64,000 nt of DNA from Wenzhouxiangella sp. (GTDB lineage Bacteria > Pseudomonadota > Gammaproteobacteria > Xanthomonadales > Wenzhouxiangellaceae). This document shows positions 18,254-27,461 of this stretch, piece by piece (position 1 is the first letter of the stretch; every line of letters starts with the position of its first letter). Position numbers and translations under genes: made by a program. The stretch is taken from assembly GCA_031580925.1 (NCBI GenBank), contig JAVLCB010000002.1:12710-76709 (forward strand), in the 5' to 3' direction. The notes under the pieces were generated by a model. That model was not told the origin of the DNA. It saw only the letters and a program-made list of their open reading frames with translations, and searched no databases.

Positions 18254-19867
18254 ATGACAGACACAACGGCGGCTCAGCACGACACGCACGACCACCACCC
18301 CAAGGGATTGGCGCGCTGGTTGTTCACCACCAACCACAAAGAGATCGGAACGCTGTATCTGATCTTCTCGCTGATGATGTTCTTTGTCGGTGGCGCCATG
18401 GCTTTGGTGATCCGGGCCGAGCTTTTCGCGCCGGGTCTGCATTTGGTCAACCCAGAGTTTTTCAATCAAATGACCACGATGCACGCCTTGGTGATGATCT
18501 TCGGGGCGGTCATGCCCGCCTTTGTCGGCTTGGCCAACTGGATGGTGCCGTTGATGATCGGCGCGCCCGACATGGCCCTGCCCAGAATGAACAACTGGTC
18601 ATTTTGGATCATGCCGTTTGCGTTCACCTTGTTGCTTTCCACATTGTTTATGCCATCAGGAGCGCCCGCCTCAGGCTGGACGCTCTATCCGCCGCTGTCA
18701 CTGCAAGGTGGCAACAGCTTGGCGTTTGTCATCTTGGCCATCCACTTGATGGGCATCTCATCGATCATGGGCGCAATCAACATCATTGCCACGATCTTGA
18801 ACATGCGCGCACCGGGCATGACCTTGCTGCGCATGCCCATGTTTGTATGGACGTGGTTGATCACAGCATTCTTGCTGATCGCGGTGATGCCGGTGTTGGC
18901 CGGCGCGGTCACCATGCTGCTCACCGATCGGTTCTTTGGCACCAGCTTTTTCAATGCTGCCGGTGGTGGGGACCCGGTGCTCTATCAACACATTTTCTGG
19001 TTCTTTGGTCACCCCGAGGTCTACATCATGATCTTGCCAGCCTTTGGCATTGTCTCGGAGATCATCCCCACGTTCTCGCGTAAGAAGCTGTTTGGCTACA
19101 CCTCGATGGTCTACGCCACCGCCTCGATCGCCTTTTTGTCCTTTATTGTCTGGGCGCACCACATGTTCACCGTCGGCATGCCGTTGGGTGCTGCGTTGTT
19201 TTTCATGTACGCGACCATGGTGATTGCCGTGCCCACGGGCATCAAAATCTTCAACTGGGTGAGCACCATGTGGCGCGGGTCGATGACTTTTGAAACGCCC
19301 ATGCTGTTTGCTTTGGGCTTTGTGGTGTTGTTCACCATCGGCGGGCTGTCGGGTGTGATGCTCGCCATTGTGCCGGCTGACTTCCAATACCACGACACCT
19401 ACTTTGTGGTCGCACACTTCCACTATGTGCTGGTCACCGGCGCGGTGTTTGCCATCATGGCATCGGTGTATTACTGGCTCCCGAAATGGACCGGCCACAT
19501 GTACAACGAGACCTTGGGCAAAGTCCACTTTTGGTGGTCCACCTTCTGGGTGAATGTGTTGTTTTTCCCGCAGCACTACCTCGGTTTGGCGGGCATGCCC
19601 CGTCGGATCCCCGACTATGCCATCCAGTTCACCGAATTCAATGTGATCTCCTCGATTGGTGGTTTCGCCTTTGGCATTGGCCAGTTGCTGTTTGTCTACA
19701 TTGTCTGGCAGTGTGCCCGCGGCGGCCAAAAGGCCACCGACGGTGTCTGGGAAGGCGCGCGCGGCTTGGAATGGACCGTGCCATCACCGGCGCCGTTGCA
19801 CACCTTTGACAACCCACCCAACGTGGACGACCCTGACTTGATCGCCCACACCGGCGGAAATCGATGA
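18254..19867 (+). CDS. coxA: Cytochrome c oxidase subunit I, A1 type
   Basis: [19 protein letters not shown] (D channel), [22 protein letters not shown] (K channel), VVAHFHYV. Confidence 0.98.
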   Translation: MTDTTAAQHDTHDHHPKGLARWLFTTNHKEIGTLYLIFSLMMFFVGGAMALVIRAELFAPGLHLVNPEFFNQMTTMHALVMIFGAVMPAFVGLANWMVPLMIGAPDMALPRMNNWSFWIMPFAFTLLLSTLFMPSGAPASGWTLYPPLSLQGGNSLAFVILAIHLMGISSIMGAINIIATILNMRAPGMTLLRMPMFVWTWLITAFLLIAVMPVLAGAVTMLLTDRFFGTSFFNAAGGGDPVLYQHIFWFFGHPEVYIMILPAFGIVSEIIPTFSRKKLFGYTSMVYATASIAFLSFIVWAHHMFTVGMPLGAALFFMYATMVIAVPTGIKIFNWVSTMWRGSMTFETPMLFALGFVVLFTIGGLSGVMLAIVPADFQYHDTYFVVAHFHYVLVTGAVFAIMASVYYWLPKWTGHMYNETLGKVHFWWSTFWVNVLFFPQHYLGLAGMPRRIPDYAIQFTEFNVISSIGGFAFGIGQLLFVYIVWQCARGGQKATDGVWEGARGLEWTVPSPAPLHTFDNPPNVDDPDLIAHTGGNR

Positions 19868-19998
19868 GCACAGACCAGCAAACGCCCAGCAAACAAAAAC
19901 GCCGCGCCGTCTTAAAGACGGCCTGGTTTTTGGTGGCCGTTGTGTTGGCCATTTACTTGTTCTTTATTGGTCGCGCATTCTTACAGGGCTTGGGATGA
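19864..19998 (+). CDS. 44-aa single-TM small protein in the cox operon; not in ORF track
   Basis: [44 protein letters not shown]; ATGA overlaps with both the coxA stop and the ctaG start. Confidence 0.8.
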   Translation: MSTDQQTPSKQKRRAVLKTAWFLVAVVLAIYLFFIGRAFLQGLG

Positions 19999-20582
19999 AC
20001 AACGCCAACAGCACACGCTCGACACTCAATTCAAAGCTCCGCTACGTCGGTCAGCTGGCGATGTTCGCGGTGGCCATGTTCGGGTTTGGGTATTTACTGG
20101 TGCCGCTTTATGACAAGTTCTGCGAAGTCACTGGCCTGGGCGGGCGAACCGCTGAAGGCCCCGTGGCTGAGTCGCAATACCTGCCCACCGAACCTGATTT
20201 GTCTCGACAGGTGACGGTGCACTTCGATGCCAACGTGAACTCCTCCCTGCCTTGGCACTTTGAGCCGGTGGAAAAGACCATGGCGGTCCATCCAGGGAAG
20301 ATGTATGAGACGGCCTATATCGCGACCAACTACTCCGACCAGCCCGTGGTCGCTCAAGCGGTGCCCAGCGTCGCACCCGGTTTGGCCTCGTTGCACTTCA
20401 ACAAAACAGAGTGTTTTTGTTTTACCGAGCAGCTGCTTGGCCCTGGAGAATCGCGTGAAATGCCCGTTCGGTTCTTTGTCCACCCCGACCTTGACGATGG
20501 CACCAATTTGGTGACGCTGTCTTATATCGTCTACAAAAACGACGATGCCACCGAGCGTCAAACCGTGGCAATGGGGCAGTAA
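19995..20582 (+). CDS. ctaG: Cytochrome c oxidase assembly protein CtaG/Cox11
   Basis: FGFGYLLVPLYDKFCEVTG and the copper-binding HFNKTECFCF motif. Confidence 0.95.
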   Translation: MNNANSTRSTLNSKLRYVGQLAMFAVAMFGFGYLLVPLYDKFCEVTGLGGRTAEGPVAESQYLPTEPDLSRQVTVHFDANVNSSLPWHFEPVEKTMAVHPGKMYETAYIATNYSDQPVVAQAVPSVAPGLASLHFNKTECFCFTEQLLGPGESREMPVRFFVHPDLDDGTNLVTLSYIVYKNDDATERQTVAMGQ

Positions 20583-20648
20583 AGTCGCTACAATCACCGC
20601 AACGCCCAAAAGCGCACATCACCGATAGACATTGAGGTAAAACAGACC

Positions 20649-21509
20649 ATGGCACAGGGCAGCTACTACGTCCCCCATACCGCCAAATGGCCCATTGTCG
20701 GCTCGATTGGCTTGTTCACGCTGATGGTTGGTGCGGCCAACTGGCTCAACACCAACTCCTCTGGTCCTTGGATCTTTGCCATCGGCGCCGCGATTGTGAT
20801 TTTGATGATTTTTGGCTGGTTTGCCGATGTCATCAAAGAATCAGAGGGTGGCTTATACAGCCACGCCGTGGATGCCTCGTTCCGCCAAGGGATGATCTGG
20901 TTCATTTTCTCTGAAGTGATGTTTTTTGCTGCCTTTTTCGGTGCGCTTTTTTATGCGCGCACCTTTTCAGTGCCCTGGCTGGGGGGTGAAGGCACGGGTG
21001 CGATGACCAACCTGTTGTTGTATCCAGACTTTGAGGCGGCTTGGCCCACCCACGGCCCAGGTGCGCTCGGCGGCGACTTCCAGACCATTCCAGGCTTTGG
21101 GCTGCCTTTGATCAACACCTTGCTGCTGTTGACCTCGGGTGTGACCATCACCCTCGCCCACTGGGCGATGAAAAAAGCCAAGCGCACCGCGTTGGTGCTG
21201 TGGCTGCTGGCCACCATTGTGCTGGCGTCGGTGTTCATGTACATCCAGGCCTACGAGTACGTGCACGCCTATCAAGACCTGGGCTTGACGCTGGGCTCGG
21301 GGATTTATGGGTCCACCTTTTTCATGCTGACAGGCTTCCACGGCCTTCACGTGTTGATTGGGTCGATCATCCTGGCGGTGATCATGTTCCGCTGCATGGC
21401 GGGCCACTTCGCCGGCAAAAACCACTTCGGCTTTGAAGCCGCGGCGTGGTACTGGCACTTTGTCGACGTGGTCTGGCTGGGTCTGTTTATCTTTGTCTAT
21501 GTGGTCTAG
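20649..21509 (+). CDS. coxC: Cytochrome c oxidase subunit III
   Basis: GMIWFIFSEVMFFAAFF, NTLLLLTSG, YGSTFFMLTGFHGLHV, AAWYWHFVDVVW. Confidence 0.97.
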   Translation: MAQGSYYVPHTAKWPIVGSIGLFTLMVGAANWLNTNSSGPWIFAIGAAIVILMIFGWFADVIKESEGGLYSHAVDASFRQGMIWFIFSEVMFFAAFFGALFYARTFSVPWLGGEGTGAMTNLLLYPDFEAAWPTHGPGALGGDFQTIPGFGLPLINTLLLLTSGVTITLAHWAMKKAKRTALVLWLLATIVLASVFMYIQAYEYVHAYQDLGLTLGSGIYGSTFFMLTGFHGLHVLIGSIILAVIMFRCMAGHFAGKNHFGFEAAAWYWHFVDVVWLGLFIFVYVV

Positions 21510-21516
21510 CGCCTGA

Positions 21517-22575
21517 ATGGGCTCACCCTCGCCCAAGCTGATCACAGCCGGCTTGTGGCTGGTCGTACTGGCCATCAGTCTCTATTTGTTGGTCATCGCC
21601 AGAGATCTCTTGATCCCCTTGGTGCTGGCCATCTTTGTGTGGTACCTGATCAATTTGTTGGCGAGGCAGTTTTCCCGGCTGTCCCTGGCTGGCAAACCCC
21701 TGCCGGTGGCGGCTCAGTATCTGGCCGCCATTATTGTCGCGGCCACCATCGCCGGTTTGTTCGGCACCCTGATCACCGCCAACATCAATCAAGTGATCGA
21801 AACCGCGCCGGCTTACCAACAAAACATCAACCAATTGATTCTGGAGAACTTTGAGCGCTTTGGGCTGGAAGAGCCGCCTGCCATTCGCAGCCTTCTCGAA
21901 GGCATCAACTTTGCAACGATTCTTCGAAACCTGGCGAGCGCGCTGGGGGGCTTGATGGGGAATTTGGGGCTGGTCACGGTGTATTTGGTGTTTTTGTTTC
22001 TTGAGCAAAAGTTCTTCAACCAAAAACTCAAAGCCATTTTTCCTCAGTCGCAACAGTTTGAGATGGCCCAATCGATTCTGCAACGCATCGATCGGGACGT
22101 GTCGATTTATCTGGGCATCAAGACCATGGTCAGCGCGCTGACCGGTTTGATCTCGTGGGTGATCATGGCCGCGGTGGGCTTAGACTTTGCAGGATTTTGG
22201 GCCCTGCTCATCTTTGTGTTGAACTTCATTCCCAATATCGGCTCGTTGCTGGCGACCATCTTGCCCACGCTGCTGGCCTTGTTGCAGTTCGACACCTTGG
22301 TGCCCTTCATGGTGATTGGCATTGGCGTGGGCACCACGCAGCTGATCATTGGCAATTTTGTCGAACCGCCATTGATGGGCCGCTCGTTAAATATCTCGCC
22401 ACTGGTGGTGTTGCTGTCTTTGGTGCTGTGGGGCTCGATGTGGGGCATTCCAGGGATGTTCTTGTGTGTCCCCATCACCGTGATCTTGATGATCATCCTC
22501 TATCAGTTTGACGCCTCGCGCTGGATAGCCCTGGCGCTGTCAAAAAATGGGCAAGTCACCCCCTCAAGCCGCTGA
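21517..22575 (+). CDS. AI-2E (UPF0118) family transporter
   Basis: Multi-TM; LNFIPNIGS, GNFVEPPLMG, WGSMWGIPGMFLCVP; starts 7 nt after coxC. Confidence 0.88.
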   Translation: MGSPSPKLITAGLWLVVLAISLYLLVIARDLLIPLVLAIFVWYLINLLARQFSRLSLAGKPLPVAAQYLAAIIVAATIAGLFGTLITANINQVIETAPAYQQNINQLILENFERFGLEEPPAIRSLLEGINFATILRNLASALGGLMGNLGLVTVYLVFLFLEQKFFNQKLKAIFPQSQQFEMAQSILQRIDRDVSIYLGIKTMVSALTGLISWVIMAAVGLDFAGFWALLIFVLNFIPNIGSLLATILPTLLALLQFDTLVPFMVIGIGVGTTQLIIGNFVEPPLMGRSLNISPLVVLLSLVLWGSMWGIPGMFLCVPITVILMIILYQFDASRWIALALSKNGQVTPSSR

Positions 22576-24489
22576 GCTTGGTGCCCCGTCGTCAAGATAC
22601 GACTCGAGCAAGCGCCCCGCCACAATCATCAGATCGTACTCGGTGACCAACCCCACCAGCTTGCCCTTGTCAATCACGGGCAGACAACTCAGCCGCTGAT
22701 CGCGCATCAGGCGAATCGCCTCCACTGTGGGCGTGTCGGGACAAACAGCGCGTGGGTCTTTGTGCATGACCTCACTGACGCGGGTGTCACTGCTTGAACC
22801 GCGCGCCACCAGCCGAAGCAATTGACGGTGTGACACCAAACCAAGCAGTTGGCCTGAGTCATCTTCAACCGGCACATGGCGAACATAGCGCCACTCCATC
22901 AAACTGGCGGCGAAATCGACAATGTCATCGGGCCTGACCGTAAAAAGGTCGGTGGCCATGAATTGGCCCACGGTGCGGTAGCTTTCTCGCCAGTCTTGCG
23001 CAAAACAAAATTCAGCCAGGCCCCACTCACTGACCGGCGCCCCACTTTTTTGCTGCTGGATCATGCTGGAGGTCAGCGAGCGCAAACACTCGTGGGCCGA
23101 GCCCTTGCCTTTCATGGTATCCAGCGACTCAAGCTGCCACCGGGCACCCGTGCGGCGAAGCTCAACGCGTTTTTTGATCACGCCCAAATAGTGCTCAATG
23201 TCGGCAGGGTCGATTTGCGCCTCTTTGAGGCCCTCTTCAGCCAACGGCAACAACACCTCCAAGATCAGCTCTTGGGCGGTCATCTGGCGCTGGTCAAACC
23301 ACACCTGCTGGGCCCGCAACCCCTCCCGAGCCGCGGCCATAAAATTGGCTTTAACGTCCGAAAAATTAAAGTAGGGGCGGATGTCGTCAATCGAGCGCGA
23401 CAGCTTGGCCATCATCCCAAAGAAAAACGCCGCGTTGGCGATCTCATCGGTCACGGTGGGCCCTGCTGGGATCACGCGGTTTTCGATTCGAAGATGGGGC
23501 TTGCCGTTGGCCGAGATCCCATAACAGGCGCGGTTCCAACGATAGACCGTCCCGTTGTGGAGGCGCAAGGCATGCAACTTCGGCACCTCACCGCGCGCGA
23601 CCATGCCAATCGGGTCGGCCTCTGAGTCGGTGGTCAAAATGGCGCGGAATCGGGCAATGTCTTCTTTGAAGATCTCAATCACCGAGTGGTCGACCCACTG
23701 ATCACCAAAGTGCACCCGGGGCTTGTGTCCGCGCGCTTCATGCGCGCTGGACCGCGAGTCGACGGAGTTTTCAAACACAGCGATTCGGCTCTCGTGCCAA
23801 AGCCGCTTGCCCAACAGCACAGGCGAGTTGACACACGCGGCCAGCAGTGGGCCGGTGACCACCTGGGCAATGTTGTACAGGTGGGCAAATTCATCCGCAT
23901 CAACCTGAAAATGCACTTGAAAACTGGTGTTGCAGGCCTCGAGCATCAAGTTGTCATGATCCAAGTCCAGATGATCAATGCCTTTGATGCTGAACTTAAA
24001 ATTCCGGCCCCGCAAATTCATCAATGCGTTGTTGAGCTCGTAATAGCGCGCCTTGGGCACCATCGCATCGAGCGACAGATGGGATTTTGTCAACGTCGGC
24101 AATATCCCGACCAGCGCCACTTGAGCATCCTCATCGGCGGCATGATCCCGAGCAATTTGAACCACTTCATCGGTCTCTGCGTGCAACCGACGCAGACAGT
24201 CGCCCCCAAGCTCCAGTGGCGACAGGTTCGCTTCCAGGTTAAACAAGCCCAGCTCGTGGGTGAAGCGCTCATCGTTGATCCGTTCAAGGATCTCAGTGGC
24301 GCTCAGCGAGGGTCGGTGGGCGCCATCGACCAAGAACATCTCTTGCTCGGCCCCAATGCGGCGCACACCGCCTTCAAACATGCCGGCGGCGTGCATGTCC
24401 TCAAGCGCGCGCACTTCGGTCAGCAGCGCCTTCATGAACTCGCGGTGCGCCTGCTCATCAGCGCCTTGAGATATATTGTGCTCGCCCAT
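22564..24489 (-). CDS. Glutamate-cysteine ligase family 2 (GCS2)-like domain fused to a C-terminal CBS pair
   Basis: IGAEQEMFLVD, ELGLFNLEANL, TSFQVHFQ, WHESRI, HLRIENR; C-terminal tandem CBS (FMATDLFTV...RHVPVED...GLV; MHKDP...CLPVID.GKLVGLVTEYD). Start chosen at ATG 24489 (ORF track 24546). Confidence 0.8.
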   Translation of the reverse strand: MGEHNISQGADEQAHREFMKALLTEVRALEDMHAAGMFEGGVRRIGAEQEMFLVDGAHRPSLSATEILERINDERFTHELGLFNLEANLSPLELGGDCLRRLHAETDEVVQIARDHAADEDAQVALVGILPTLTKSHLSLDAMVPKARYYELNNALMNLRGRNFKFSIKGIDHLDLDHDNLMLEACNTSFQVHFQVDADEFAHLYNIAQVVTGPLLAACVNSPVLLGKRLWHESRIAVFENSVDSRSSAHEARGHKPRVHFGDQWVDHSVIEIFKEDIARFRAILTTDSEADPIGMVARGEVPKLHALRLHNGTVYRWNRACYGISANGKPHLRIENRVIPAGPTVTDEIANAAFFFGMMAKLSRSIDDIRPYFNFSDVKANFMAAAREGLRAQQVWFDQRQMTAQELILEVLLPLAEEGLKEAQIDPADIEHYLGVIKKRVELRRTGARWQLESLDTMKGKGSAHECLRSLTSSMIQQQKSGAPVSEWGLAEFCFAQDWRESYRTVGQFMATDLFTVRPDDIVDFAASLMEWRYVRHVPVEDDSGQLLGLVSHRQLLRLVARGSSSDTRVSEVMHKDPRAVCPDTPTVEAIRLMRDQRLSCLPVIDKGKLVGLVTEYDLMIVAGRLLESYLDDGAPSSAA

Positions 24490-24652
24490 GCCACGTGCCC
24501 GAGGTGGATATTGTGGCATGATAAACGCCCTGCCCTTGAAGGGCAAACGCCAAGCCGGGCGGGGACGGACTGAAAAGACTTGTCACCTCAGTCTGCCTGT
24601 GCCAAGCTTGGGCACGGGTAAAATGATTCAACGGTAAGGAGAGGCCACACAG

Positions 24653-26332
24653 ATGACCAAACCATGGCTTGAGCAGTATCCCGCACACGTCCCCGAGCAC
24701 ATTGACATGAGCGAGTTCAGCTCGATTGTCGATGTCATCGACAAAAGCTGTCACGAATACGCACAGAAAGTGGCCTATGCCAACTTCGGGGCCGAGCTGA
24801 CCTATCAGCAGGTCGACCAATACAGCGCGCAGTTTGGGGCGTATCTGCAGTCGCTGGGACTCAAACACGGCGACCGGGTCGCCATCATGATGCCCAATGT
24901 CTTGCAATACCCGCTGGCCGTGTTTGGCGCATTGCGTGCTGGGATGGTGGTGGTCAACACCAACCCCCTCTACACCGCCAGAGAGCTTAAGCACCAACTC
25001 AAAGACTCAGGCGCCAAAGCCATTGTCATTCTGGAGAACTTCGCCCACATTTTAGAGGCGGTGATCCATGAGACCGATATTGAGCACGTGGTCAAAACCT
25101 CGATCGGCGAAATGCTCGGCTTCCCCAAAGGCCTGCTGATCAACGCCGTGTTGCGACACATCAAAAAAGCCGTGCCGGCCTATCAATTGCCGCAAGCGGT
25201 CACATTTTCAGCCGCGCTGAGCCAAGGCGCGAAGGCATCGCTCAACAAGCCCGCGCTCGACCACGACGATCTGGCATTTTTGCAATACACCGGCGGCACG
25301 ACCGGCGTATCAAAAGGCGCGATGCTCACCCATGGCAACATGGTGGCCAACATGCAGCAATCATCGGCGTGGCTGGGCGGCCAAATCAAACTCGGCGAAG
25401 AGGTGATCATCACCGCGCTGCCGCTTTATCACATCTTCGCGCTGACGGCCAACTGCCTGGTGTTTTTGAAGTTTGGTGGCCGGAATGTGCTCATCACCAA
25501 CCCCCGCGACATGCCGGGTTTTGTCAAAGAGCTCGGCAAAGAGAAATTCACCGCCATCACCGGTGTCAATACGCTGTTCAATGGCCTGTTGAACACCCCA
25601 GGCTTTGATGCCCTGGATTTCAGTCATCTGACATTGTCATTGGGAGGCGGCATGGCGGTTCAGCGGGCGGTGGCCGAGCGCTGGAAGGCGGTGACGGGCG
25701 TCACGCTGGTCGAGGCCTACGGCCTCACCGAGACCTCGCCGGCGGCGTGCATGAACCCCATGGACCTCAAAGACTTCAATGGCGCCATCGGCTTGCCCAT
25801 TTCTTCAACCGAGTGCCGTGTGATCGATGAGGACCAGGCGGTGTTGGGTGTCGAGGAAACCGGCGAGCTTTGCATCCGCGGGCCTCAGGTCATGAAAGGC
25901 TATTGGCAGCGCCCCGAAGAAACAGCCAAAGTATTGGATGATGACGGTTGGCTGCGCACGGGCGACATGGCCAAGATGGACGACAAGGGTTTCTTCTACA
26001 TCGTCGATCGCAAAAAAGACATGATTTTGGTCTCTGGGTTTAATGTCTACCCGAACGAAATCGAAGACGTCATTGCGGCCCACCCGCAGGTGGTTGAAGT
26101 CGGTGCCATCGGTGTCCCCGATGAAAAATCGGGCGAAGTGGTCAAAGCGATCGTGGTGCGCAACGACGATGCACTCAGCGCAGAGGCACTGCAAGCCTAT
26201 TGTCGAGAAGAAATCACGGCCTACAAAGTGCCCAAATACATCGAGTTTGTCGACGAGTTACCAAAAACCAACGTCGGCAAGATTCTCAGGCGTGAACTTC
26301 GCCAGATGTTTGGCGAAGCCAAGTCGAGTTGA
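24653..26332 (+). CDS. fadD: Long-chain-fatty-acid--CoA ligase
   Basis: AMP-binding LQYTGGTTGVSKG, EAYGLTE, WLRTGD, VDRKKDMILVSGFNVYPNEIE, PKTNVGKILR; AAGGAGA RBS. Confidence 0.95.
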   Translation: MTKPWLEQYPAHVPEHIDMSEFSSIVDVIDKSCHEYAQKVAYANFGAELTYQQVDQYSAQFGAYLQSLGLKHGDRVAIMMPNVLQYPLAVFGALRAGMVVVNTNPLYTARELKHQLKDSGAKAIVILENFAHILEAVIHETDIEHVVKTSIGEMLGFPKGLLINAVLRHIKKAVPAYQLPQAVTFSAALSQGAKASLNKPALDHDDLAFLQYTGGTTGVSKGAMLTHGNMVANMQQSSAWLGGQIKLGEEVIITALPLYHIFALTANCLVFLKFGGRNVLITNPRDMPGFVKELGKEKFTAITGVNTLFNGLLNTPGFDALDFSHLTLSLGGGMAVQRAVAERWKAVTGVTLVEAYGLTETSPAACMNPMDLKDFNGAIGLPISSTECRVIDEDQAVLGVEETGELCIRGPQVMKGYWQRPEETAKVLDDDGWLRTGDMAKMDDKGFFYIVDRKKDMILVSGFNVYPNEIEDVIAAHPQVVEVGAIGVPDEKSGEVVKAIVVRNDDALSAEALQAYCREEITAYKVPKYIEFVDELPKTNVGKILRRELRQMFGEAKSS

Positions 26333-26367
26333 TTCGCACATCGAGTTGAGCTGCAAACGCAATTGAT

Positions 26368-27426
26368 TCAACCAATGGCTTTTTGACCCGGGCGTGTCAC
26401 CGACACCCCCAGGCCAAACAAGCGCAAAGCAAACTGTGATCGCCATTTGGCCCACTCGGTCACCAAGCCCAGCGCCGCCTCCACAAAGGCCTCGGGCTCG
26501 GTGCTGTCGTCGGCCAACGCGGACGCCCGGGTGATGGTCGAAAAGCCCCCTGATCGGAGTTTGATGTGCACCCCACGCGCGCTCAAGCCCTGTTTCAATA
26601 AACGCTCGGCCACCTTTTGGGCTTGGGCATGAATGTGCGGCATCAATGCCTCAATCGAGGTGATGTTCTCCTCGAATGTGGTCTCTTGGCTGACCGACTG
26701 GCGATCACGCTGTCGGTTCACTGCGCGATGGTCGATCCCCTTGGCCTTGTTGATCAAACTCGTCGCCCCCTCACCCAACGCGTCGGCCAACAGCCCAGGG
26801 TCGGTGGCTTGCAGCTGTGCCATCGTTAAGATGCCCATGGCCTGCAGTTTGTGGGCGGTGGCTGGCCCCACGCCGGGCAGCCGTCGAATCGGCAACGGAT
26901 TGAGTGTGCGCTCGACCATGTGCGGCGCCAGATACACCAACCCATCGGGCTTGTCATAGTCAGAGGCGATCTTGGCGAGCAATTTGTTGTGGGCCAGCCC
27001 CACCGAGGCTGTCAAACCCGTCGCCGAATGGATGTGGCGCTTCAATTGACGGCCGAGGTTTTCGATATGGCTGGCTTGGCTCAGCCCCAAATCGGAGGCG
27101 TCGAGATACGCCTCATCGAGGCTCAGCCCCTCCACCGCGCTGCCGTATTCATGGAAGATATCGAAGATCGCCTCTGAGGCCTCACGGTAACGGTCCATCC
27201 GTGCGCGCACAAAAACCCCCTCCGGGCACAGCTGCCGGGCCACCCGGGCGGGCATCGCGGACGCCACCCCATATTCTCTGGCCTCATAGCTGGCCGCAGC
27301 GACCACCCCTCGCCGGCTGGCACCGCCGACCATCACCGGCCGCCCCCTCAGTGCAGGCCGATCACGCTGTTCGACGCTTGTGTAGAATGCATCCATGTCG
27401 ACGTGGATGATTAAGCGCTCATTCAT
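26368..27426 (-). CDS. dinB: DNA polymerase IV (Y family)
   Basis: IIHVDMDAFYTSVE, AASYEAREYGV, LSLDEAYLD, NKLLAKIASD, KPDG. Start set at ATG 27426. Confidence 0.95.
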   Translation of the reverse strand: MNERLIIHVDMDAFYTSVEQRDRPALRGRPVMVGGASRRGVVAAASYEAREYGVASAMPARVARQLCPEGVFVRARMDRYREASEAIFDIFHEYGSAVEGLSLDEAYLDASDLGLSQASHIENLGRQLKRHIHSATGLTASVGLAHNKLLAKIASDYDKPDGLVYLAPHMVERTLNPLPIRRLPGVGPATAHKLQAMGILTMAQLQATDPGLLADALGEGATSLINKAKGIDHRAVNRQRDRQSVSQETTFEENITSIEALMPHIHAQAQKVAERLLKQGLSARGVHIKLRSGGFSTITRASALADDSTEPEAFVEAALGLVTEWAKWRSQFALRLFGLGVSVTRPGQKAIG

Positions 27427-27461
27427 AGTAAAATAAGACAACCCTAATACAAAGAACCAGT

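Noticed and set aside
18254-19867. Atypical or Na+-pumping oxidase
   Set aside because: D-channel Asp/Asn, the GHPEVY Glu and the K-channel Lys are all canonical A1.
27426-27447. Xanthomonas-type LexA box (TTAG-N6-TACTA) upstream of dinB
   Set aside because: Both half-sites are present on the minus strand but 13 nt apart, not 6.
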